A stretch of DNA of 51,928 nucleotides, filler included, from Bipalium vagum (taxonomy: Eukaryota), in NCBI GenBank assembly GCA_037834085.1. It is 3 parts of 3 records of this genome, joined end to end, with 100 filler letters (N's around TTAATTAATTAA, not from the genome) between each part and the next. Parts side by side here need not be neighbours in the genome. Positions count along the whole stretch, not along the records: positions 1 to 17,418 come from JBBMKC010066293.1; 2 more parts are not named here. The stretch is one strand, 5' to 3'. The notes beneath the pieces were generated by a model. That model worked only from the letters and a program-made list of their open reading frames with translations, was not told the origin of the DNA and did no database searches. Each line of letters begins with the position of its first letter. Position 1 is the first letter of the stretch. Shown piece after piece: positions 1 to 12,630 of the stretch. The translations under genes and the position numbers were made by a program.

Positions 1-1016
1 ATAAAATATAATATAAAATTCAACTTTTAAGACTGCGAAAATATTATAATAATAAAATATTTTTAATCGAAATATAAGAAAATTAATTATAAATAAACTT
101 TGAATATTAAATATAAGTTGTTTGAGAATAAAAACAATTTTGTTATTTTCAAATGTATTTATTTTCCATTATAATATAGTTCATATTTTATATTTAATTG
201 ATCACAATAATCAGTTTATGAATAATTGTATGAGCATTTATGATTGGCTGAAATTTACTCATAAAATATCAAAATTACAAGATGAATTGTACGGTTAATT
301 TATAAAAATTTTCTCATATAAAAATGAAAATTAGTAAATTTCTTTAGTACAACATTAATATGATAAATATCCCAACATAAAAAATTCTCAATAGCTATGT
401 AAAATACTCTGGTATATTTTAAACAAAACAGATCTTAATCAATTAAGATACTTTATTTTATTAATAATTTTTTAATAAAAAAATGTATATTTTATTCACT
501 AAATAAAAAACTATTTTTCCACCTGGTCTCAAGATGTAACTATATATTTCTAATTGAATGATATTTTAATATATGAAATTTTATAATTCATTTAAACAAA
601 TTTTGGAAGTTTAGCATTGATGAAATTTTTCTTCTCCATGCATTACGTTTTCAGAAATAATTCATAAATAATTGACAAAATAATAAAAATTTCATCATTT
701 ATCTCTCAATAATCATTCTATGATCATTATTAATTTGATATTCAAAGGAACCTTAGGAAATACATATGCAATTATTGATGACATTAAGCAATAAGTATTT
801 TCTAAAGCATTTTATCTAAAATATTACATACTTTAATTATATATCAGTGATGTATGTGATCGTTTGGAAATGAGAAAAAAGTACTCAGTGATTTTATTCA
901 CAATATCATATTAAATGTGGACAATTGTTAACAAGTTCAGTGTTCAGATATTTCAAATATAATGAAGAATTAAAATAGTAATAAAAAATAAAATAGTGAT
1001 TATTTATTCAATATTA

Positions 1017-1880
1017 TATTCGGTGACCTAAAGCTTCCATCTTTTGAAATGAAAAACAATTTTTATCAGATAATAAGTATGATTTAATGAACCAAATAAC
1101 CTCCGTTCTTAGATAATCTTTCGCTATCTTTCTGATAAATTAATTGAGCCTTAATAATGAACAATGTATTTTTAACAATCTTCTCTTGAGACTATTGAAT
1201 CATATGATATTTGCTGTAGAGACAGAAAGAAGTGGTAGTCTGACTTTGTTAGGTCTGTAATATAAGCTGGTTGCATGAGAACTTCCTACCAAAGCCTTTT
1301 CAATTTATGCAGAGTCATTAAAAATGTTTTTGTTGAGTATTTCAGGCAAGCCTTTTTTCATCCTTTGATTTAATCTTTTAAGTTGCAGAAAATAAAATAT
1401 AGAATCAATTGCTTGGCCAGGTTCCAGCAGAACATAATGCATGATTCTTTCAAATCCCAGAAAACCGACAACATCATGCTTCCTGAAGACAAATACCTAG
1501 ATCCTTCAGAAATCATAGCTGCACATGTGACGGTCTTGGTTGATTATTTTTATGATTGTAATATCTTTATCCAGGACGAAGTGCATCGTTCAACTCAAAG
1601 TTTTTTGGCGAAATCATGTGAACCACTCTACAACGTGATTTTTGATATGGTATCAGACCAATAAATTTCATAACCCATCGAATTTCTTTTTTATGAATTT
1701 TTTGTGACATATTTACATTAGAATAAACAAATAATATTAATATAATTTTTATAATTATTTATTCTAAGGATTTTATTTTACTTTTAAAAAGTAAACTTAT
1801 TAAAATTGAATTTCAGACCTGTAAATCAGATTAAAATATTCTATGACGAAAACTGTGGAAACTTTTTACGTCGCCTAATA
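1017..1880 (-). mobile_element. Decayed, internally deleted mariner element
   Basis: TA-flanked degenerate TIRs (TATTCGGTGACCTAAAGCTTCCA / TGGAAACTTTTTACGTCGCCTAATA). Minus-strand fragments MMLSVFWDLK, HYVLLEPGQAIDS and EVLMQPAYITDLTKSDYHFFLSLQ match mariner motifs. Confidence 0.8.
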
Positions 1881-2384
1881 TATGGAAACCGATATTTACC
1901 GAAGTTTTATTGAAAAAATGAAGCCCATTCAGATATTAAAACATCAAATTCTGTTGACTTTTTCCATTGCATTTAATTATATTTGCTCCCAATATAATTG
2001 ACTATTTATTAATTTTACATATTTATTAAATCAATATACTTCATCAGACAGTGGTGTAATAAATAAAAATAAATAAAATTAATGAAAGTAGTGCTCATAA
2101 TAATATATTGCTATTGTCATATTTTGAGGATTAAATTGCCTAATGGCCTTTCACCAACTTTATAATGGATTTATTTTTCTTTGATAATTGTTAAACTTGA
2201 ATTTGTAAAAATTAGACGCTTTAGCTTTATGTAATTGTGCAAAAGATTTGAAAAATATTTTTTATGATTTTAAATTGTTGTATACATTTTTTAAATAAGG
2301 TATGGAATTATTATGGTATTATGGTATTATTATTATGTTATTATTTAATAAGTATAGATAAATAAATATATTTCGAAAAAATGT

Positions 2385-2938
2385 ATACACACTTAAGTGC
2401 ATAGTATGAACTAACATCGGTATGTAGCATTTCATATGGCAACACTTCAAAATTCGGTGACCAGAATCTTTTGAAATTCCTACCTCAGGACGTGCTTGTC
2501 TCACGGATGTTTGTGGGCTTCGATTAAACAATTCAAGTAGTCTTTCTTCTTTTGTGGTACTTTTCTAGTAATTCTGTCTTCCAGAACTGTTTTTATTTAA
2601 ATTACTAATAGTTCCATCCTTTTCGAATTTATATTTATTCGATTGATTCTCATTCTTGTTGGAGGATCTATCTGAAATTCTTTCTTGAACGAGATCCGTA
2701 CCTAGTTTATGTTTTCAAATTTGAAGTAATTTTTGATAATTAATTTTTGCTGCTCAAACTTGAACCTGCCTTGCATGATTCAACTTTGAAGAAAAAATTT
2801 ATAAGTTTAAAATAGTGGTAATTTCTTACCAGTTATTGGAGTATTTAAGCAAACTATAAAACAAGTACTAAGGACTTATAATTACTTAACGATTTATATT
2901 TAAAGTGTGTGACACTCTGTATTTTGAGACACTCTGTA
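2385..2938 (-). mobile_element. 5' part of a Tc1/Tc3-like element (DUF4817-type HTH transposase fragment)
   Basis: End TTTGAGACACTCTG-TA at 2923-2938. Minus-strand MQGRFKFEQQKLIIKNYFKFEN...PPTRMRI...KFEKDGTI...RSPQTSVRQ...GISKDSGHRILK. Confidence 0.7.
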
Positions 2939-4332
2939 TTTCTTTAAATATTAATGAATAAACGAAATGAAATCAAATAAAAATTAACTTTTCATTATCG
3001 ATAATTAAGATATTATTAAGATTTTAATGCAAAGTTAATGACTTAAAAATCATAACAATCAATAATAATGATAAAATTAAATCATTATTAAATTTATTTT
3101 AGATAAATCAAACATTTCCAATAAAATAATCCAGATTCATTTAATATTTCAATAATAAATATTTAAAAAGTATTTTAGAAGCTTTAAACATATATTTCAT
3201 ATTTTAAAAATTTTAAGTCTAATTAAAATATATTTTATATATTAGTAAATTTTGTCAGTACAATTTCAAAAACTGTTAAAAAATCACGTTGAAATTAATA
3301 AATAGTTCTTACTGTTTGTTGATATTTGGAAATTGTTAAATTATGTTTAGGAATGATATTAATTTTAGTTATTATTATTTTTGTTAATTAAGAGACAAGT
3401 TTGTAATATACTATTATTTTTTATTTATTGACAATTTGACTCTGTTTTAGTATATATATATAGATGCTTTTCTATTTATTGAATAAAGTATAATCATTAA
3501 AAACATCAACGAAGTTCATTAAGGATATAAATGGTATTCATTGTTATATAATTACCAATTATTTTCTGCTTCTATTATTCTAAAATATCTACAGAAGTGG
3601 ATCTGATTTTAGTGTCTTATTTAATTGTAATTGAATAAATATTTATTTTACTGGACATTTTTCGGCATAATCATTACCATTAATATGAAAAATACAACCG
3701 AGCAGAGTTCAATCACTTAGATATGGTTAAAATGATTGATAAATAACTTATGCTCAAATAAATTAATATCCATATGGTGAAGAAAAAATCCTTTGCAATA
3801 ATAAAGACTCGCGCATTTTCAATAATCATCAACTGCAATTCTGTAACTCGATTAAAAGAATAAAATTAAAGTTATGAAAATGCTTATGACAGGTAGACTT
3901 CGAGAAAAGCAGCAATTGTTGATCCTAACGACATCATTACTTAATTACTATTATTTAAACATAAAATAACTTAGTGACCTAAGTTGCATGTAAAGAGTAT
4001 ATTTATCAATTTATAATCGTATATCTAAATTTAAAATTTAAATATATAAAATAAATTTTTATATAAAAAATAATGAGATTTAATTGAACACAATTAAGGA
4101 CATCAAATAAATGTTATCTATCAATAATTAAAATAGAATATTAAAACAATGATTGATAACTTGATTAATTAATAAATAATAAAAAAATTAATAAATAATA
4201 AGAAAATTAATAAAAATATTTTATATTAACAAGTTAACATTTTAAAATATAAAGATAAGCAAATTTTATAATAAATCAAAAAATTATTTATTAATATAAT
4301 AAAAATTAACAATTATGAAAACTATTAAAATA

Positions 4333-5427
4333 TTAGGTTGTAACATAATTTTTCGTGAATTACAGTTTTTTTAACCAGATTTTGTTTATTTATTAGTATA
4401 TACATTTATTTTAATTTATTTTTACTTATTTACAAAATTAAAGTAAGTATTTTGATATATTTTTTTAAAAATTCTACATGTTTGAAATGAAATGCCAAAT
4501 TGATCAAAAGCACCATTTTCGACACATTATTTTATTTTAATCGCGGTAACAAAGTAACAGAATTTGTCAAGGAAATTTGCAGTATATACGGAAAAATGTT
4601 TTGGCCTAGGCAACTGCAAAATATTGTTATAATAAATTTTGAAAATGGCACATTTGACTTTCAAGACACGTCACATATCGGTCTCTATGAAATTTCGATG
4701 ATAATCAGTTGATAAAACTGGTGGAAGTAGAAGGTCATCAAAAATGCAACGAATTGTCACAAAAGATGAACAGCAATCCAATTACAGTCTCCCGCTACCT
4801 AAAATCAAATGATTTATTGTGTTCTAGTGTACCATATCGGCTCAATGACAAAATCAGAGAAAGTCTTTTAAAAATTTATTCTCAAAACCTTGCCAGACAC
4901 CGAGCAACACGAGGCCACAAAGAGCGTTTTCTTTATGGAATCATAACAGGGAAAGAAAAATGGTGTCTGCATACAAACTTAAAGTATAAGAAAACACAGG
5001 TCTGATACACTTAGAAATGATCCCAAAAGACAAGCACCTATACATAAACCAATTGCGTCGAAAAAATGATACTTCTCAATAATAATGCCAGGCCACACAT
5101 ACCAAATATTACCAAAACCACCCTCGAAGTGCTCGATTGAGATGTTCTTCCACACCCTACGTATTCTCCGGAGCTTGTGCCAGATGATTTTTATCTTTTC
5201 CACTCGCTGTCAAACCATATGAAATGTATTACTTTTCAGAACGGGGATGATCTTAAAATTTTGATTAAAAAATTTTTTCAGAGCAAATCTAACAATTTCT
5301 AGAATAAAGGTTTATTAAAGGAAATTATGTTACCGAATGATTTTTATTATTAATCGTAAATAAACTGAATTAATTACTTCATTTTATATATTGTAAAAAA
5401 TCACGAAAAAATTATGTTACAGCCTAA
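4333..5427 (+). mobile_element. Mariner element (Mos1/mauritiana-like), frameshifted and internally deleted
   Basis: Near-perfect 26-27 bp TIRs TTAGGTTGTAACATAATTTTTCGTGA / TCACGAAAAAATTATGTTACAGCCTAA. Motifs LFYFNRG...EICSIYG, FLYGIITGKEKW, NNARPH and VLPHPTYSPELVPDDFYLF. Confidence 0.92.
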
Positions 5428-8009
5428 AACATAAAAAAGATCTTATCATTTAAGGATAATGTTTAAATGTTTTCGCTAACTGTTTTATGGTTAATCGATA
5501 TTTTAATGAAAATTACGTCGTTTTAATAAAAATAACAAATCTATAAATTATGGTACAAATAAAAATTTTTCATGAGAAATGAAAACTCTTTATTATAATA
5601 ATCATGTAAAAATCAGGGAAAAGTCAAGTAAAATGGATTATTTGATATACTTAGAAATAACAATCCAATCATTATACTTTTATAACAATATATATTATTG
5701 TATCAACAATGATTTATTCTTCTCAAATAGAAAATATTTTTCTTGACTTTTGCAAGTAATTATCTTTGAAATTATATATATCTCTTTTCAAAGAGAAACG
5801 TTCTTTGAGAATATCAAATGGACAGAACATTTGAAACTAAATATAATACTATCACTTATATTTCTACATCTTTTTCCATTGTTTAACATGGGAATTTTTT
5901 ATTGATTTTTAGAAATTTTATTCTTTGTGACAAATGGAAAATATGCTCATTTCCGAATAAAGTATTGTAAAAATATTCATTTTATCCTAAAACAGTGGCA
6001 CAAAACAAGTAACAAAATCAAAATTGATTTAATGGTCATTTAGATATATGAATATATTATTTTAATGAATTTTCTTTGTGCTCTACTTGGGACTTCCTGT
6101 TACCGGAAATGTTTCTTATGTTTTCAGAGGACGCTTGCTTCCAATTTGACTTTAATTTTCAATAACCATTAAAATATTTAAGACTTTATTTTACAAATCC
6201 AGATTATTTTATCATCTTAGTTTGTTAACGGACTCTGAATAATTGGAAGAATGTTATTATAGAATATCCATGGAACAAAGAGATTGAATAATTATAATAT
6301 AGAAGGAAAAGCATAATATTTTGAAAAATAATTATACAAATATTATAAATACTATAGAAGAATTTAATGTTTTATTATTAAAATATATTCTCTACTGTTA
6401 AATGTAGGGTTTTTCTTTTTCATTTTAAGTAATTATTTTTAAAATCAATTTTTGAAGTAAACGAATATTTCAATTCTAAAATGGCCTGCTTTGTACTATT
6501 TTATAAAGAATAAATTACTGGTGTAATAAATAAAAATGTAAAGGAAAATAGTTTAAATATTTTTATTAGTTAATATTCATAGTTAAATTATTTTATATTA
6601 TTAAATGAAATATAATTAACTCTATCTTCAGAAATTATTTTAAAAAGCAACTAAAATTATTAACATCCTAAATAATGCAAAAACCGCAAAGATTTCCCGG
6701 ACAACTTTATAATATGGTTTTATTTTATGTTAATCATTTCAAGTCATTTAATCTTCATTGGTTTATTTTAGTATCATATCGATTTGATTTTTATAAATTT
6801 CCATTGTTTTATTTTCCATTTGTAGTTATTGCTTTTGTGGTATTAATTATTTGCCTTTATGTATTCGAGAAGTCATTGTGAGATATTGGAATAAGCAGTT
6901 ATGAAATATATCATGATTATAAAAATACATTGTTGTATTTTAGTGATGATTTCTGAGACCATATTGATTTTGTTATCCTTATTGTTTTATTCATCGCTTG
7001 CAAAATGTTTAACTTCTTAGATTCTTTGCGAACTTAATCGTTAAGGTTTTTGAGTCAGTCGAATTAGGCGCTTGGTTAATATTAAAAATATTAATTAAAT
7101 GCTGATAATAATATTATTATTCTTTCTAATAAAATTAATAATAATAATCATCATTATAATAAATAATAATTATTTTTAGTTTTTGCTATTCATTTAATAC
7201 ATGTCGTTTTAGTTAGCAAAACATAATTTTAATAATTATTATTCTCCTCAAATTTCTTTAAGTTTTCAATCATTCCCAATCAATAAAATGAAGTAACCAT
7301 TTTTAAAAAACAAATGTTTGCATATTTATAATTTAAACTTTGAAACTCAGTTATTGACTATATCGTTATTAAAATAAAAAATAACAAAACAACTATAAAA
7401 TAAATAAGTAATGAGATGGTAAATTTTATTATCAGTTGTGTCTATCTTTCCAATTTTTAAAAAATGAAACAAATTGAACAATTTTCGGCTTTTCATTTAA
7501 AGAATAATTTTTCAGTTAAATTTCCAACATATAATTGAAATAAGATTCTAAAAATATTTGATTATTTTCAGAAAAAATTTCCTAAGAATTTCATAAAATT
7601 CTTTGAAATTTAAGATACGGGAAATAATAAATGGAACTGATTTGAAATTATATAATCATAATCTGAGAGAATAACAAATTCTAAAGTTATTATTTCAGAC
7701 TTGAATAATTTTCAATCATATCTTTATTTTTAGTATTTTAAATGCGATTAATTTATTATTGTGGTTGATTAACGATTTATAAAAAATGTTGACCTATTAG
7801 AAAATTCAAAAATATTTTTATAAATTACCAGAATAAAAAAATATATTTAAAGCTAAACATCTTTTTGATGTCAGACAATTTTTTATGACATTGATATAAG
7901 AAATTAAAATGTGAATATTTTTCTATTGTTTTAATGCTTTCTAATTTCTGCATTACAATATTTTTTTGAATAAAGATTGCAATTTTTTAATCATACATAT
8001 TCGACGATA

Positions 8010-8645
8010 CAGGATGTCTTAAAAGGACTTACATTTTAAATTGAAGATTATTTTTTCTAGTAATACCAAAGTACTTGTTTAAATATTATTACTAAACAGA
8101 CATTTTAAGAACGAAAATATTATCAATAAGCCGACGAATAGAATTTATGAAAAACCATTATGCGAATGAATCATATATATCGGCAACTGTTAGAAAATAC
8201 AATTCCATTTTGGTCACCATAATGCTCCTTTTAGCAACACGGTTATAAATTTATTACATACATTGGATGTATTTGGGACAGTTGAAGACCGAAAATCCCC
8301 TGACCATACTGGTCAATTGAATGAAGTCAGCCGTTGTCAATAGAAGTGTTTCCAAAAATCTTTTAACATCAATTCGTGGTCGGAATCAAGAAATTAAAAT
8401 TTCAAAAAGCTCTCGTCAACAATTTTTGACAAAAGATTTCCATTTGTATATGTATGCAAAATTCAAATAACAGAATCACTGAAACCAATGGATCATGTAA
8501 GCCGTAGGACTGTCGCATCTTGGTTTTTAAATAAGGGAAAAGTTGATCAATTTTCGAAAAATATCATCTTTATCGAGAGGCACATTTCCATCGTAATGGC
8601 AACAGACAAAGCTAGCGAATTTGGAGATCGAAAAACCCAAGATGT
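8010..8645 (+). mobile_element. Tc1/Tc3-like transposase remnant (5' half)
   Basis: TA-CAGGATGTC start. Frameshifted fragments resemble FSDEAHFHLNG and NxQNxRIWGSENP (NRQS*RIWRSKNPR). Confidence 0.65.
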
Positions 8646-8829
8646 TTTGAAAATGTATTAAAAAAATTATCTGACAAAGGAATTACGTGAAATAAATATG
8701 AAATATAAATTAAAATTTTAATTCATTTTCAACGAATAGAGTTTCAATTTCAGAACATTTTTATTCTGAAAGTTTAAGTAATTTGATAAACCAAAGAGAT
8801 TTTCTCAATCTAAACTGATTCGCAGAATT

Positions 8830-9110
8830 TATAAAAAATCACAAAAAATAAATTATGAATAAAAATCTCTCTGAAGAAAAATATTCTGATGTCTGAGAAA
8901 ATGTCTATGGAAAAAGTTCGGATATTGTGATGGATAGCACAAGTCAAATAAATTACAATTACCTTAAATTTATCTCGTAAAATACTGCTGCAAAACTCTG
9001 TAACTCTCACATGAACAAAGGCTGATGCTAAGCATCAATCCATTTATCAGAAATGGAAATAATATTTAATAATTTATTTTTTTGATGAATCGAAGATATG
9101 TTCTTAAAGA
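8830..9110 (+). mobile_element. Possible Tc1 fragment
   Basis: QKW...FFDESKIC resembles WxxVIFSDESKF. Heavily decayed, no TIR found. Confidence 0.35.
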
Positions 9111-9233
9111 AATTAACAATGATTTTTGTAAGAAATTCACCAATAGAATTATCAGGTGAATGAAATTTGTACTTTAAAATACAAAAAGATTATTTAAATT
9201 ATAAATTTAAGAAATCTTTTTATTAATCAAAGT

Positions 9234-9544
9234 CAGTGGTCTTCACACTTTTTATAAAGCGACATACTTTACGAGTCCAATTTTTTCGCGACACCTAGTG
9301 GCTAAAATAAAAACAATGAGATTAATTATTTCAAAAGAAAAATTTTAAGACCAAAAATTTAAATTTATTTCACAAGGTTTTTGATTATTCTAGCATCAAA
9401 CATCAAATGTTGGGTATATTTCGGTGATGACTGGTCTCAGTACTAATTCCAGATCTTTAAAATTCAATCGATATTATTAAAAAATATTTTAAAAAAGATT
9501 TCTCATATTGAAATTTCTCGCAACTTCACTTTTGAAGAAGACTG
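9234..9544. mobile_element. Non-autonomous hAT (Charlie-like) element
   Basis: Termini CAGTGGTCTTCA / TGAAGAAGACTG with imperfect 8-bp TSD ATCAAAGT/GTAAAAGT. Internal minus-strand DLELVLRPVITEIYPTFDV resembles a Charlie-type transposase C-terminus. Confidence 0.6.
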
Positions 9545-9669
9545 GTAAAAGTTCTAAATAAAATGTTCAAAGTTATTGAAAAAAAAGGCTAAAGTTGTAA
9601 TAAACAGATATTTAAAAGACAAGTCTGTTGTTTTAGTTATTTTTAAGATATAAAAATAAAGTATTTATA

Positions 9670-10150
9670 CAGTGCAAAATATTCCTTGGTAAGAGGTCGT
9701 TTTCTATTCCTTAATCGTAAATCATATCATGGTAGAGAAATAACAATCTATAACAGTAATAATTTTGACAAAATAAGTTAAAGTATGAATTATATTAGAA
9801 AACAGTACCTCTTGAAATTTTATTGAAAAACACAGAAAATATTCGTTTGTACGATTAGTTACTTTGAAGGGAAAATACAAGAAATTACAAACTTTACAGT
9901 TTTCTTATTTAGATTTTAATACTGTTACTTTTTTGAAATGATTTTTGATGGCTTCTTCTCAAATACGATCTTCTATCAGGGGTGAAAATTTAGTATCATC
10001 TATAGTTTTTTCTTAATATTACATTTCTTACCTTTTTGATGAAGTTTCGAATTATTCATTCACTATATTATAACTGACGAGCAATTTCAGAATTTGAAAC
10101 ACAATTTGCCTAATAATAAATGATGTCATGTTCCCTTCGATGTCCTTTTG
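9670..10150 (-). mobile_element. Tc1-like remnant (HTH region)
   Basis: Minus-strand SNSEIARQL*YSE*IIRNFIKK is a Tc1-type HTH. TA-CAGTG terminus at 9668-9674. Confidence 0.45.
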
Positions 10151-12234
10151 ACATTCGTACTACTTGATACATTGTTTATATTAAAATTTACTGAAATATT
10201 TTTTAATACACATATTTGATGTAAATACAGAGAATCTGAATTAAAAATCTGAACATTTAAATTTAAATCCAAATTTTACGTTATTCGTATAAAAAATATT
10301 TTTTGATTCATCAAAAAATTTTCAATATTCTTGATATTTTTCAAGTTTGTTAAATAAAGTTCTGTATAATTTTCCTAAGAATAAGATACAATGACAATAA
10401 GAGAAACATTCATGAAGAAATATTATTAATGTTTTTTAATTCATAATTATAATATTTGTTCAATATTACTTCCTTGTATAAACGATTAGTTGACACTATT
10501 TAAATAAACAAAGACTCTTTAATTTTAGAATTTTCCAATTTTAATTGATGAAAGATTTGAATAGTTGATAGATCATATTTTCTTTCTTTTCTATGATTTA
10601 CTACAACGATCTTTGAATTGATTATAATTGGAGAGTTGTCTCATCAGATAGATATTTAACTATGATCGTCAACAATTTTATGAGGTTAGTAGATTGACTA
10701 CGGATTCCATTTAATGGCAAGGCAAAATGGTTTCTTAATTATTATTTTTTAATATCGAATTGCTTTGATTTTGTTGACTACCCGCTGAATACTTCAAAAT
10801 TACCTCGGATCTATAATTTTCATTCTGTTTGTTATACATTTTGTTGACATTTTCTTTATTAATATTTTCAGCCGTATGTAATTGAAATAAAAATGTATTC
10901 GGATTCTTAATATAACCTTTTCAAGTTAAAACATGCTGAAAATGACCGAAAATGATATTAATGGTAATGTTATAAAATCGATATGTTCAGACATAGGGTA
11001 TATGTATATAATATTTTAATAAGATTAACGTGGCCCTAAAATAAAATTTTTCGTTTTTGTTCAATTTTTTACTGTTGTAAAATATATTTTCATATACCAT
11101 TTATTTAAAATTAATTAAATTAATGTAAAGTCCTACAAAATGTGAAATCTAATCAACATCAAGCAATTCTGATCATATAATAAATAAAAGTCTTCGAATA
11201 AAGTGATATCATGCTCACTTCTTAACCACGTTAAGACAGTCACGAATTTCGTTTAATCATTTCACAATCAGAAATTTGGAGTTAAAGAGAAGAATAAAAA
11301 CATTCAATTCCATCAGTGAGATAAAAATTTCAAAAAGAATTATAAAGAAGAAACCGAGATATATATATGCAAGCAGACAGTGGGTGAATATTTGTAGCGA
11401 GTATTAGTCATAAAATATTCTCATGATTATGTAAATAAATTCGCTTGTAAAACGTGGATATTCTCAATGCCATTATATATAAAATTGACAATTTAAGAAG
11501 TGAAATTAATTGAAACTTCAAATTGTTTTATTTCCAGTCAAAATAACTATTGTGAAATAGAATTAAAATATAAATATTACGAAAATTGTTCTTGATGAAT
11601 TCCGTGAAAGAAATTCGGATTAAATTTTATCAATAGAAATTGGTTTAATAAATTAAAGTGACACAACAATTCTGAAAATCAGCAGCAAATTTCCTTTCGC
11701 CAGAACTTTCAATTCTCAGAACCAAAGAAACGAAACAGAATATTTCCATTAATGCAAATCACGTGACGAGGTTTATTTCCTTTTGACCACGTGAAAAATA
11801 TTTTTTAAAATTATTATTTGCAATTTCATTATTTTATTTAAATATCTCCTTTTTTCGTTCATAAAATGATTTTTTTGTTTTTTCTTTTCTTCTAATTTGG
11901 ATAGCGTCAAATATTCGGATATTATGTGAAAATATTAATTTGTCGAGAGTGTTTTCCAATATTAATGCCTTCTAAAACATATATATCAATATTAATAATT
12001 GAATTATGTTTGCTATATGGCATAAAGTGACATTCTAAATTGTCTTAAGATTTATACTATGTGGACCATGGATATTAATTGATGAATATATATATATTTT
12101 TTTTTCATTTAAATTATATAAATAATTTTACCAAAAATAAGTTATTGATTTTTTAAAATAAGTGATAATCGATTTTCCAATTTTCCATAAAAATAAAATT
12201 AATAATAAGATAAAGAGAAAATAATAAATGATAA

Positions 12235-12630
12235 TCATATAAGTAAATGGTTACCGTGATCTTTGTTAGGTTCGTGTCCTGGATTTGTAGAATTTCCGTT
12301 GGAATCAGTCAGCTGATTCTCTGATTTTCTGTCCGTACAGAACTTTTCTTTATATCCATGGGTGTCGTTGATATTTAAAGTAACTACGATGGATATTGTA
12401 TTATTTTCGTTTTTTTTCACTGAGATGCCATCAAAGCCGTAACAGCTTCCATTTTTTAAGACATCCGGGTATTGATCAGGAAGACCTAAAGCCTTTAAAA
12501 CTTCAATAAATCCTTTTTGTATCATCAAATTGTGATTGGAATCGTTTGTAATGGCCAACAGAGCCAGATTAATATTTAAAATTAATAAAAACAGTAAAAT
12601 CCATATCATATTAAGAAAATAACAGAGCAT
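12235..12630 (-). CDS. Orphan predicted secreted glycoprotein (131 aa as unspliced ORF), nested antisense in the BRSK intron
   Basis: Uninterrupted ORF visibly richer in GC than its flanks. AAA-ATG start and CCAAT at 12708-12712 on the minus strand. Hydrophobic N-terminal signal peptide ending ALLA, five N-glycosylation sequons, two Cys in the mature part. No transposase motifs. Possible donor G|GTAACC at 12255/12254. Confidence 0.65.
   Translation of the reverse strand: MLCYFLNMIWILLFLLILNINLALLAITNDSNHNLMIQKGFIEVLKALGLPDQYPDVLKNGSCYGFDGISVKKNENNTISIVVTLNINDTHGYKEKFCTDRKSENQLTDSNGNSTNPGHEPNKDHGNHLLI

Noticed and set aside
1383-1664. 93-aa + strand ORF
   Set aside because: Antisense shadow of the minus-strand mariner; the same applies to ORFs at 4979, 17872, 31128, 31169, 38396 and 46418.
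6675-6881. Hydrophobic 68-aa ORF as a membrane peptide
   Set aside because: Phe/Ile/Leu/Tyr richness is explained by T-rich DNA; no splice or homology support. The same applies to ORFs at 12632, 26470, 26778 and 45133.
11028-11793. ACGTGG-bounded element as a defined transposon
   Set aside because: Inverted ends match only weakly and internal translation gives no decisive motif.
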